A DNA stretch of 49,734 nucleotides. Origin: an uncultured Gammaproteobacteria bacterium (GTDB lineage Bacteria > Patescibacteriota > Patescibacteriia > UBA9934 > CAMTUG01). Below the pieces are notes generated by a model. It was not told the origin of the DNA, made no database searches, and saw only the letters and a program-made list of their open reading frames with translations. A program made the translations under genes and the position numbers. Positions 16,957 through 25,485 of this stretch are shown here, one piece after another (the first letter of the stretch is position 1; each line of letters starts with the position of its first letter). Location: contig CAZPQJ010000003.1 in assembly GCA_964588955.1 (NCBI GenBank), forward strand, positions 91,409-141,142, written 5' to 3'.

Positions 16957-17322
16957 CTAGGTAAGTCCCAACATTTGTTTAGCGCTCGCAACATCGGATA
17001 ACACCTTTTTCTTCATTGCTTCTTCGCCCGTGAACGGCGCCAAGTCGCTGACTTTTTCTTTAACTTCAACGGAAATTTCTTGATCGTACAAATCTCCACT
17101 CCAGCCGAATAGATGCGCTTCGAACTTTGGATGTGAATGCATTCCGCGCATGCTGTAGCAAATCACGCAGGGATACGCTGATCCGTCGGTCAAGGTAGCA
17201 ATCCCCGTGTAGACCGCGTACGGCAAATCTAGATGCGCCGGCAACTGAACATTGGCCGTGGGTACGTTGTAGTACCGCGTGGCTTTGTGTTCCCCTTGTA
17301 AAATGCGCCCCTTCACTACCAT
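16957..17322 (-). CDS. Riboflavin kinase (stand-alone RibF C-terminal-type domain)
   Basis: 121 aa with GRILQGEHKATRYYNVPTANV...YAVYTG...EAHLFGWSGDLYDQEISVEV. Confidence 0.75.
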   Translation of the reverse strand: MVVKGRILQGEHKATRYYNVPTANVQLPAHLDLPYAVYTGIATLTDGSAYPCVICYSMRGMHSHPKFEAHLFGWSGDLYDQEISVEVKEKVSDLAPFTGEEAMKKKVLSDVASAKQMLGLT

Positions 17323-17424
17323 AGAACCCTATCGTAGGCCTTTGGGGAGGCCTCTGTCAATCCTCTTGTGAGATTGACTTTTTGGCTAAACTCCTGTGTA
17401 ATCAGGCGGTCCCATAGGTGACAC

Positions 17425-17781
17425 ATGCTGACTCTGAACTTCATTTACCCGATCGATCATCTCACAACGACGCACGAGCCGAGTGTCGTCGTCCCGCTCC
17501 TGAAGGACACACTGCCTTCGAACCGACCGATCGTCCTGCATCTTCTGCAGTTCTCCGTCGATGCAGCCGAATGGGTCGGAGTCGACCAGGCAGCGCTGGT
17601 TGACACGTTGTTCAAAAGCGGAGGAGGCGAGACTTCCTATGATACCGTCAGCCGCACTCTGTCGGCTACGCTAGGAAATCTTCTCCTGGAGGGCATGATC
17701 ACGCTGCGTGACAATGGAAGCCGCATCATCGTCTGCCCGACCGACGCGCTGATCAACAGCCTCATCAACCCCGCCGTCTAG
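17425..17781 (+). CDS. Hypothetical protein in a GC-rich island, possibly winged-helix
   Basis: 118 aa. AGGTGA lies 3 nt before the ATG. The C-terminal part SRTLSATLGNLLLEGMITLRDNGSRIIV resembles a wHTH recognition helix plus wing and loosely resembles 43144..43632. Confidence 0.6.
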   Translation: MLTLNFIYPIDHLTTTHEPSVVVPLLKDTLPSNRPIVLHLLQFSVDAAEWVGVDQAALVDTLFKSGGGETSYDTVSRTLSATLGNLLLEGMITLRDNGSRIIVCPTDALINSLINPAV

Positions 17782-17823
17782 CACCCCCGCCACGCAGGCA
17801 TCCTCCGGGGTGCTTTCGTTTTT
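17780..17823 (+). terminator. Terminator hairpin (AGCACCCC / GGGGTGCT, 19-nt loop, TTCGTTTTT tail)
   Basis: It overlaps the stop codon. The loop contains GCCACGCAGGC, which is also present in the hairpin at 43654-43683. Confidence 0.65.
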
Positions 17824-18148
17824 ATAGGAGGCGTGTAAACTGATGAATGATATTCCGTTACTGGACCCAAACCATCCGTTGACCTTGAATCAACATCATG
17901 TTAGTATCCGGTGGCAAATAGCCAGCAGGGCTGGACGATTTCACAAAATTTGTGGAATCGCCTCGAGGAATGACTGAAATTGGATGAGCTACGAAGTCGT
18001 CGAGCAAACGTTATCAGAGATTCCTTCAAAACTGGATAAGATTTCGTTGAACGGGAAAGCCAGCTTCTGAGACGTACCAAAATGTACGTCGAAGAAGTGG
18101 CAGGGACCCATGAGATGAAAGCTTGTCAGTTTTGGAGGAATCTCCCAT

Positions 18149-18222
18149 TCGGGGATCGTCTAGCGGCAGGACAACGGACTCTGAATCCGTTAACCGTGGT
18201 TCGAATCCACGTCCCCGAGCCA
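18149..18222 (+). tRNA. tRNA-Gln (anticodon CUG), CCA encoded
   Basis: Acceptor TCGGGGA/TCCCCGA (U1-A72), anticodon arm ACGGA-CTCTGAA-TCCGT, T arm CGTGG-TTCGAAT-CCACG, discriminator G, then CCA. 74 nt. Confidence 0.9.
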
Positions 18223-18223
18223 G

Positions 18224-18253
18224 AAAAAATCTCAGTGCAAACTGAGGTTTTTT
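18224..18253 (+). terminator. Rho-independent terminator after tRNA-Gln
   Basis: CTCAGT-GCAA-ACTGAG flanked by an A-run and GTTTTTT. Confidence 0.75.
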
Positions 18254-18322
18254 CTTTGGCCACCCTATCCGTGCGCTATGGCCGTGTGTTAGTATGTATC
18301 TATGAACAAATAAACGAACTTT

Positions 18323-18685
18323 ATGTCAAAATACGTTGACGGATTCGTTCTACCGGTTTCCAAAAGCAAGCTCGAAGCCTATAAGAAGATGGCCAAACTC
18401 GGCGCCAAGATGTGGAAAAAGTACGGCGCGCTTGATTACAAAGAATGTCTTGCCGATGATTTACAGTCGATGGGGATGCCTTCCTTGTTCCCACGCATGG
18501 TAAAGCTCAAGCCCGACGAAGTAGTGGTGTTTTCGTTTATTGTCTACAAGTCACGCGCGCACCGCGACCAGGTGATGAAGAAGGTTATGAAGGATGCTTC
18601 TATGGAGGCGTTTGCCAAGGAGATGCCGTTCAACGTGAAGCGCATGGCCACGGGCGGATTTACGGTGATGGTGGACATGAAATAA
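18323..18685 (+). CDS. DUF1428-family protein
   Basis: 120 aa starting MSKYVDGFVLPVSKSKLEAYKKMAKLGAKMWKKYGALDYKEC, as typical for DUF1428 (recognised from memory). Confidence 0.75.
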   Translation: MSKYVDGFVLPVSKSKLEAYKKMAKLGAKMWKKYGALDYKECLADDLQSMGMPSLFPRMVKLKPDEVVVFSFIVYKSRAHRDQVMKKVMKDASMEAFAKEMPFNVKRMATGGFTVMVDMK

Positions 18686-18699
18686 AAGCCAAAGAAAAA

Positions 18700-18727
18700 G
18701 ACCTGGGTTTACCCCGGGCCTTTTTTG
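18700..18727 (+). terminator. Terminator between convergent genes
   Basis: CCTGGG-TTTAC-CCCGGG (one G.U pair) followed by CCTTTTTTG, with an A-run upstream. Confidence 0.55.
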
Positions 18728-18750
18728 TTTCGTCACGCATCTGTCAGGGA

Positions 18751-21700
18751 TTAAAAATGATCTAATAAGCCGCTCCAGCCACGTTTTAAGGCGCTGACAA
18801 AACCACAGGAAGATGCGGAGGCGCTGGAATCATTAGAACAGGCCGAACAGACCAATCCGTCAGAAGTAAGCGTTTTGTAGCCAGGAATCGCAAACGTGTC
18901 ACTTGGGTACAAGACGCTTTGTTCAGCTGTGGTGCGGTCATATTCGCTAACGTCGGTAATCGGCGAGCCGAACAAGTAGTTGCCAAAGTAGACATCGGGT
19001 ATGTCGTCTATGAATTGATTCCAATTATCGCCATACAACGCGCGTGCCAATTCTTCGCTCACAACCCAGCGCAGCACCCCGCCTTGATCAACAGCAAATA
19101 CGCGTGGATCAGATACAAACTTTACCAAACGCACGCCAGGACGATAGGTGACGTTACTTCCCAAGGTGATAGAGGCAAGCTCTTTAGCACTCAAGGTATG
19201 AACCCCGGAAAAGTCACAGAACCACGAATGGAAAATTGCCTCGTTCGGAAACGCGTGACGCAAACCATCTGCACCCACGTAATACACAGTGCTATCGATG
19301 CGCGTATCCGCGTTCCCGTCGTCAGAAAGTTTCACAAGTCCATGCACCGCGGCGCGCGTTGGCAGATCAGCGACCCGTTCGGCAATGGCGGCAATTTGTT
19401 CCGCTGTTGTTTGCGGGGAGCCTGATCCCGAGGTATCGGGAGTTTCGCCGGTATCGGTATCACTCGGCGTTTCGCCTGTATCCATTCCTGTCTCCACCGA
19501 AGCAATCGTGAACGTTCCCGACGTTTCTGTTGCCAATACATCGGCCAAATCTGTTCCCCGTAAACGCACAGCTCCATCTCCCTGGGTATTTGGCAACATG
19601 ATCGAGGCGAAACCGCTGTTAATACTGTTAACAAGCATGGCTTTCCAGTGCTCCCCACCATCCAACGATAAGTCGATATTGATAATAGGAATCGTCCCTG
19701 TCCAGGTCCAGACAACATCTAGTCGACTTCCCGCGGTAAAGACATCACCTTCCTGTGGCTGTTCAACGGAAATGCTTGTTGGATGTCCGGAAGAAGATCC
19801 ACCAGATGTATCTTCGTCGGAAGGCGAAGTTGGTTGTCCGCTGTGATCATTATCAACAATCACCACACCAACGCTTGTTGGTACTAACGCATCATAAAAT
19901 GGATCATCAGAAGCAGTGACACTGGTTATGGCAACCTCTTCGGTGTCTTCACGCTCATTATCATTTACCGCGCTTACCGTGATCGTTTGCGGAACATCCC
20001 AATTAGCACTCGTGAACGTGAGTGACGTGTCCGAAAGGTCAAGCTCGGCCACATCGAACGAATAGGTAACAACGACGTTAAATACCGGCTGGCTCGTGAG
20101 CACAACGGTGAACGTATCTTGCTGCCCCGATTCACTAACCGACGTGGCATCATCGGATTCCACGAGCGTGACTCCTGCCGTATCATTATCGGCAATCTCC
20201 GCCGTCACACTCGACGTAACAAATCCGTCATAATTCGTATCAAGAGACGTTACAAGGTGGCTTACCACGCCCTCGTGCGTGCCTTCTGCCACCACGTCGT
20301 CAATAGCCGAAACCGTGATCACTTGCGGCGTATTCCAATCCGACGCAGTGAATAGCAACTCTGGCACATCGACCGATGTTTGGTCGTCGGAAGTCACACC
20401 AATGATTACATCAAACGTTGGTTCCGTTGCAAGAACAACTTGATAGGTATCTGTGGTACCGCTCTCGCTGAGTGCGGTCGAACCGTCGGATTGTGTTATC
20501 AACACCGCAGCCGAATCATTGTCGGTGTTAAATACCGCCACGTCACCAGGATTACCACCCCCATAAAGAGGATCATCTGAAACGACAGCGCCAAGGACGA
20601 TCGTATACGCCACCGTTCCGTCGTCCACAACATCATCTATACCAGTAATTATTACTGGCTGAGGCAAACTCCAATTGGCGTTCGTAAAGACAAGGCTGGC
20701 CACAGCAATCGTTCCTTCATCGGTATTAGAAGAACTTACAGGAATACTGACATCGCTTACTGGTTGACTGGCCAACCGAACGGTAAATGAGGCGACTCCT
20801 CCCGATTCCGTCGTGTCTCCAGAAACAGCCGATACAATGAATCCCGCGGTGTCATTATCCGTATTCGTCACGGAAACGTCCGCGTGGTCATACCCTGAGT
20901 AGGTTATGTCTGTGGACGTAGCCGCACCAAGGACAACACTGAAAACAGCATCACCATCATCCACACTATCGTCGACACCTGTTACCGTAACCGTCTGAGG
21001 GGAGTTCCAATTTTCCGTAGTAAAAACGAGTTCCGAGGGAGAAACTGTTCCCTCACTTGTATTAGCCGATGTAACGGGGATACGGACATTCCCGGTAGGA
21101 GCACTCGTGAGTACGACCGTAAATGTTGCTGAGCCTCCCGCTTCTGTGGTGGGTCCGGAAATCGCAGAAACAGTGGCCGAACTTGTCCCCGAGTCCGTAG
21201 TTGCTGAACGGGTTGTACTCTGATCGGTGTAGGAAACCGCGTACGGATCATTATCAAACCCTCGCACCTGTATATAATACGTCGTATTCCAAGCAAGGTT
21301 CGTCAACGTAGCAGTGGTGACGTTACCAACGGTCATGGTTTGATCCAAAGCACCAGGTGCTACGCCGTAAGAAATTTGATAGCCAGCAATCGTTGGTTGC
21401 AACGCGGAAAGATTGTCCCAATTGAGAGTGATCTCTCGACCGTTAGCAGAAGGAGTCGAAAGTGCCGGCTGCATAAACGCCAAGGCCCACAGCCTAGCCT
21501 CACGCGCGTATCCCGTGGCGTTCGCATGAACACCGTTATATTCAGCTGGCTTGTGATTCAAAAACGTATTATACAAGTCTGCCCCACCGGCCAATCCCAA
21601 TTCCGAACGCATACTATCAATCTCGGGAATATAGGAAGCCAAATAGGCTTCTTCAGGATCACGACTGTCAAAAAATGGATATGGGAGATAGATGTCTGCG

Positions 21701-24423
21701 TAGGTTGCTCCGTACGTATTGATAAGAAGAGTAAAAAAGGATTCTAACTCTGTTCGAAAAGTTGCTGGAGAACTAGAAATTTGAGAATCGCCATTCCCAA
21801 AAGCAACAATCCATTTCGACGGAGCCAAAGCCAATTGACGCGTAGTCCAACTTGGCGTGATCACAGTCGTTCGATAGGTCGCCGCGCGCATGCCAATGTA
21901 GCCCTCGTTCATGAGAAAAACTGGATAGCCAAAGTACGCGGTAAGTTGGTCGTTGAGATCCGTCAGATACGACTCTTTAAACAAACTCGCTCCTGGCCCA
22001 TGCTGGGGGAAATTACGATGATCAATAGATAACGAACCAGCATCAGCTTCCAGCCAATTGGTTACTGGCCCAACCGTTGTCGTACCTCCGGATCCTTCCG
22101 AGGTTGAATCGCCAATAACAGTAATAATATCTCCGATACCAATTTGGTCGCGATGGTCGTGCAGCAACGGATCACCGGACAGCGTTACGCCATCTGCCAA
22201 AATTTCATAGGCATCCAGGGTATATTCCCCTTTCGCAAGCCCAGAAAAACTCCCGGAATAGTCTGGCCCCGTAAGATCATTAATTGTTTGTTCACCAGCT
22301 AAGCCTTCATTCAAAATAAAACGGACACCACCCCCACTTGGAACAGAGTCGATAGACGCAGCAACGGCAAGCGTGGTAGATGTTTGAATATAAGGAATGG
22401 TAAAAGTACCGTACTCATCGGTAATAGATAACGTGGCAGTATCTGGCTCTCCGGCCACCGTCGCCTCAGGAGTAGTGATCGCTAATGTTGAAGCCGGAGG
22501 TGGTGGGGGCGGCAAAGTGCCAGAAAAATGCACATCGTCAAAATACGATTCTGCGACCGTTGTATTTCTCCCCAAAGCAAACGTCCCATCAGGAAAACGG
22601 TCAGAGACATCTGTTACCGTAAGTACAGGCGCAAGCGGTTTTTCCATCCCTGCTTTCCACACGAATAAACTTATCACCGGCAGATTTGATTCATTCGTTA
22701 AAACAGATGCTTCCACATTAAACCACACGTTCGCCTCAGCTGGAGGTACGGCGGTGGCTGCGGCCGTTCCCAGAGCCGTCAAGGTTCCACCACTTTCATA
22801 ACTAATGGTCCAAACATTACCGAGCGTATGCCAAATCATGTAGCCGTCATTATTTGACTGGCGTCTTAACCAGCTATAGCCAGAGGCATTCGAAGCGACG
22901 TTAGACTGAAAACGATAGGAAAGAATTTGATCAAGCGTTGTGGCGTCACCATTTACTGCCATGTTGGAGGTATAACTTGTTGTTGCTGACCCAGACAAAA
23001 TGCGATCACTCGCAACATCTGCAACGGTCCATGTGCCCCCTTGGGTTGTCCACCCGTTTTGACCAACAACACTTCCAAGACTCAGCGCGTCGAACGTTTC
23101 TACGAAAAGCGCGTCCTGTGCCACCTGACTCATGGACAACGGCGTCCCAATAAGTCCCGCGTTATCATACGGAAATAACGTATAGTAATATTTGGTACCA
23201 TTGGTTAATCCCGAGTGTGTAGTGCTACTTGTACCGCCAGATACTCCAACAACATCGGCGACAAGTGTGCCGTCAGCAACCGTCGCCGGGTAGGCGCTCG
23301 TACTCATACGAACGTACGTTCCGGCGTAGGAAGCAAACGAAGGGTTGGTCCAAGAGAGCGTGTTAGAAGCATCGTCCGGTAAAACCTTTGCGGACGAATC
23401 CCCGATCATGCCGTAATAAACGATATTGTCATATTCGGCCGCCGTGGTTGAAGATTTACCGACAGAAAATCCCCCCTGAGCAAAACGATTAATCGTGTCA
23501 GTGACGGTAACCGTAGGAGTTGATGGCTTTGCCGAACCACGCGTCCAAACATACGCAGACAAAACCGGCAAACCTGCCGAATTATTAACTACAGAAAACT
23601 CGTATACGTACCAGGTATTTGCCACCTGAGTGAAGGCTGCGGATCCCAGCTGGGTAAAAGCAAATCCCGTGGTCGTTTTATAACTAATACGAATAGTGCC
23701 AGCCGATTGAGTGAGAACATATCCGCCCGCGTCCGCTGAAACGGATTGGGTGCGCAAAAAAAGCTGTCCAGGAGCATTGGTCGTAGTTCCTCGCCATTCC
23801 GCGCGAACCATCTGATTACTGTACCGACTCGCGCTCCCTCCGTTCAAAACACGATATTGATCAAACGTAAGACTACCTGTACCACTTTTAAGGGTTTGTT
23901 CCCCGCCCGTATCCAAAACGTTCCAGGTGCCGGCCACCACAGCCCAACCATTTTGTCCGTTCACATTTCCCGGCGTCAGTGATTCAAAGTCTTCCGAGAA
24001 CGCCGCCGGCATCACTAACTGACGAGCGTTCACTGCCGCGGAGTATTCTGGAATGGCATTATGAGAAAAGAGGGAGAAATAATAGATCGTACCATTCGTG
24101 AGACCTGTTACGGTTAACGAGCTTGTTCCACTCACGGTTCCAGCAACATCGGAGGCTAACGTGCCGTCGGAAACAGAAGTTGGAAATGCCGTGGCGCTAT
24201 AGCGCACCATGGTGCCGGTAAAATCGACCGACGCCGGATTTGTCCATGTTAATGTAACTTGTCCATTGGCCGGCACAGGAACAACCCCCGTTACTACGGA
24301 CGGAGCGGAAGCAAGAACGTGGCGTTCAAACCAAGGAACAGATACTACCGAAATAATCATCACCAAGGCGACCCCAACACACAAGCGTACCCACGTTATA
24401 TAACGAAAGGATCGAATGGTCAT
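18751..24423 (-). CDS. Giant N-terminally anchored surface protein (1890 aa): 2x [FN3-like + lectin/LamG-like], SGNH/GDSL-like esterase, FN3, 4x Calx-beta-like repeats, C-terminal domains
   Basis: TM helix at residues 12-31. Two FN3-like modules have LTWTNP / LSWTNP and GLTNGT.YY. GDSTSEG occurs at residues 771-777. Four repeats of about 111 aa each end in N(T)DND. Residue positions come from hand counting. Confidence 0.9.
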   Translation of the reverse strand: MTIRSFRYITWVRLCVGVALVMIISVVSVPWFERHVLASAPSVVTGVVPVPANGQVTLTWTNPASVDFTGTMVRYSATAFPTSVSDGTLASDVAGTVSGTSSLTVTGLTNGTIYYFSLFSHNAIPEYSAAVNARQLVMPAAFSEDFESLTPGNVNGQNGWAVVAGTWNVLDTGGEQTLKSGTGSLTFDQYRVLNGGSASRYSNQMVRAEWRGTTTNAPGQLFLRTQSVSADAGGYVLTQSAGTIRISYKTTTGFAFTQLGSAAFTQVANTWYVYEFSVVNNSAGLPVLSAYVWTRGSAKPSTPTVTVTDTINRFAQGGFSVGKSSTTAAEYDNIVYYGMIGDSSAKVLPDDASNTLSWTNPSFASYAGTYVRMSTSAYPATVADGTLVADVVGVSGGTSSTTHSGLTNGTKYYYTLFPYDNAGLIGTPLSMSQVAQDALFVETFDALSLGSVVGQNGWTTQGGTWTVADVASDRILSGSATTSYTSNMAVNGDATTLDQILSYRFQSNVASNASGYSWLRRQSNNDGYMIWHTLGNVWTISYESGGTLTALGTAAATAVPPAEANVWFNVEASVLTNESNLPVISLFVWKAGMEKPLAPVLTVTDVSDRFPDGTFALGRNTTVAESYFDDVHFSGTLPPPPPPASTLAITTPEATVAGEPDTATLSITDEYGTFTIPYIQTSTTLAVAASIDSVPSGGGVRFILNEGLAGEQTINDLTGPDYSGSFSGLAKGEYTLDAYEILADGVTLSGDPLLHDHRDQIGIGDIITVIGDSTSEGSGGTTTVGPVTNWLEADAGSLSIDHRNFPQHGPGASLFKESYLTDLNDQLTAYFGYPVFLMNEGYIGMRAATYRTTVITPSWTTRQLALAPSKWIVAFGNGDSQISSSPATFRTELESFFTLLINTYGATYADIYLPYPFFDSRDPEEAYLASYIPEIDSMRSELGLAGGADLYNTFLNHKPAEYNGVHANATGYAREARLWALAFMQPALSTPSANGREITLNWDNLSALQPTIAGYQISYGVAPGALDQTMTVGNVTTATLTNLAWNTTYYIQVRGFDNDPYAVSYTDQSTTRSATTDSGTSSATVSAISGPTTEAGGSATFTVVLTSAPTGNVRIPVTSANTSEGTVSPSELVFTTENWNSPQTVTVTGVDDSVDDGDAVFSVVLGAATSTDITYSGYDHADVSVTNTDNDTAGFIVSAVSGDTTESGGVASFTVRLASQPVSDVSIPVSSSNTDEGTIAVASLVFTNANWSLPQPVIITGIDDVVDDGTVAYTIVLGAVVSDDPLYGGGNPGDVAVFNTDNDSAAVLITQSDGSTALSESGTTDTYQVVLATEPTFDVIIGVTSDDQTSVDVPELLFTASDWNTPQVITVSAIDDVVAEGTHEGVVSHLVTSLDTNYDGFVTSSVTAEIADNDTAGVTLVESDDATSVSESGQQDTFTVVLTSQPVFNVVVTYSFDVAELDLSDTSLTFTSANWDVPQTITVSAVNDNEREDTEEVAITSVTASDDPFYDALVPTSVGVVIVDNDHSGQPTSPSDEDTSGGSSSGHPTSISVEQPQEGDVFTAGSRLDVVWTWTGTIPIINIDLSLDGGEHWKAMLVNSINSGFASIMLPNTQGDGAVRLRGTDLADVLATETSGTFTIASVETGMDTGETPSDTDTGETPDTSGSGSPQTTAEQIAAIAERVADLPTRAAVHGLVKLSDDGNADTRIDSTVYYVGADGLRHAFPNEAIFHSWFCDFSGVHTLSAKELASITLGSNVTYRPGVRLVKFVSDPRVFAVDQGGVLRWVVSEELARALYGDNWNQFIDDIPDVYFGNYLFGSPITDVSEYDRTTAEQSVLYPSDTFAIPGYKTLTSDGLVCSACSNDSSASASSCGFVSALKRGWSGLLDHF
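19837..21177 (-). repeat. Four tandem Calx-beta-like repeats of about 111 aa (residues about 1083-1529 of the giant protein)
   Basis: Recurring pattern: ..SG.TTE.GG.A.FTV.L.S.P...V.I.V.S....EG......L.FT..NW..PQ..T.TG.DD.V.DG.......L........Y........V..TDND.AG. Confidence 0.75.
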
Positions 24424-24499
24424 AAAAAAGCATTTTCTTTAGGATACAGGAAAAAACAATTTTTGTCCTGTGGAAATTGGCTCTTTTTACGCGAGGCGC

Positions 24500-25474
24500 T
24501 TACTTTTTGGTAAAAACACTACGAACAACTTCATCTATAGCAATTTCTTGAATGTTGACATCGACGACCGGAAGCACGGCCAACAACTGCTTGGTGATCT
24601 CCGGAACCCGCGCGCGATCCACGTGCAAGGTGGCTTGGAGAGCAGACGTTTGATCTACGCGCCCAAACTTTTTAAACTCCTCACGCGTAACACTTTCTGA
24701 AAACGTAAGACGAATCTCTTTGTGATTGGCTACGGACTTTACCAGTTTATCTAACGAGCCGTCGTATTTTAACTGCCCTTCATTTATCACCATCACCCGT
24801 TCGCACAAGGCCTCCACGTCAGCCATGGCGTGTGAGGTAAGGATAATCGTCGCGCCGTTTTCTTTGTTCCACTTCTTCAAAAAGTCACGAATAGCTTTTT
24901 GGGAAACCACATCGAGTCCAATCGTTGGCTCGTCTAAAAACAATACTCTCGGTTCATGCAACAACGAGTTGACGAGCTCGCACTTCATGCGTTCACCAAG
25001 TGACAATCGATTGACGGGGGTTGTGTACAATCGTTCAATGTCCAGCAACTCCCCAAACTGTTTCAGTCGTTTTTCAAACTGTACTTTAGGGATTTCGTAA
25101 ATCTCCTTGTTCAGCAAAAAGGTATCCTTGGCCGGCAAATCCCACCACAGTTGATTTTTTTGTCCCAAAACGATAGCAAATTGGCGTTGAAAAGCCACTT
25201 CGCGTTTCCACGGTGTATGCCCAAGCACGGTCGCCTCGCCAGAAGTAGGCCAAAGGATGCCGGAGAGCATTTTAAGTGTAGTGGTCTTCCCTGCTCCATT
25301 AGGACCAATGAATCCCACAAATTCGCCTTCGTTAATGGAAAACGAAATATCATTAACAGCATGCACGACTTTTTTCTCGCGATGACCAATGGATTTGATT
25401 GTACCTAAAAAGCCTGGTTGTTTTTTGTAAGACTCGTAGGACTTGTTGAGGTGATGGACTTCAATAATGGACAT
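24500..25474 (-). CDS. ABC transporter ATP-binding protein
   Basis: The internal Met gives MSIIEVHHLNKSY, with Walker A GPNGAGKTT, signature LSLGERMK and Walker B VLFLDEPT (324 aa). Confidence 0.92.
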   Translation of the reverse strand: MSIIEVHHLNKSYESYKKQPGFLGTIKSIGHREKKVVHAVNDISFSINEGEFVGFIGPNGAGKTTTLKMLSGILWPTSGEATVLGHTPWKREVAFQRQFAIVLGQKNQLWWDLPAKDTFLLNKEIYEIPKVQFEKRLKQFGELLDIERLYTTPVNRLSLGERMKCELVNSLLHEPRVLFLDEPTIGLDVVSQKAIRDFLKKWNKENGATIILTSHAMADVEALCERVMVINEGQLKYDGSLDKLVKSVANHKEIRLTFSESVTREEFKKFGRVDQTSALQATLHVDRARVPEITKQLLAVLPVVDVNIQEIAIDEVVRSVFTKK

Positions 25475-25485
25475 ACATAATAAGA

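Noticed and set aside
17943-17955. 13-nt perfect palindrome CACAAAATTTGTG about 200 nt upstream of tRNA-Gln, superficially like the GAACACAA-T-TTGTGTTC element.
   Set aside because: The half-site spacing differs (3 versus 1 nt) and the flanks do not match. A 13-nt AT-rich palindrome is plausible by chance. It is mentioned only as a weak possible relative.
17843-17980. Roughly 44-codon ORF (MNDIPLLDPNHPLTLNQHHVSIRWQIASRAGRFHKICGIASRND) in the spacer before tRNA-Gln, with AGGAGG 11 nt upstream.
   Set aside because: The SD spacing is long, the sequence is not protein-like, and there is nothing to support conservation.
18919-24403. Dozens of 60-185-aa ORFs on both strands inside the giant gene (for example 19289..19846 +, 22397..22801 +).
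   Set aside because: They are entirely nested in a continuous 5.7-kb ORF with clear domain repeats, and they show no start signals or recognisable motifs.
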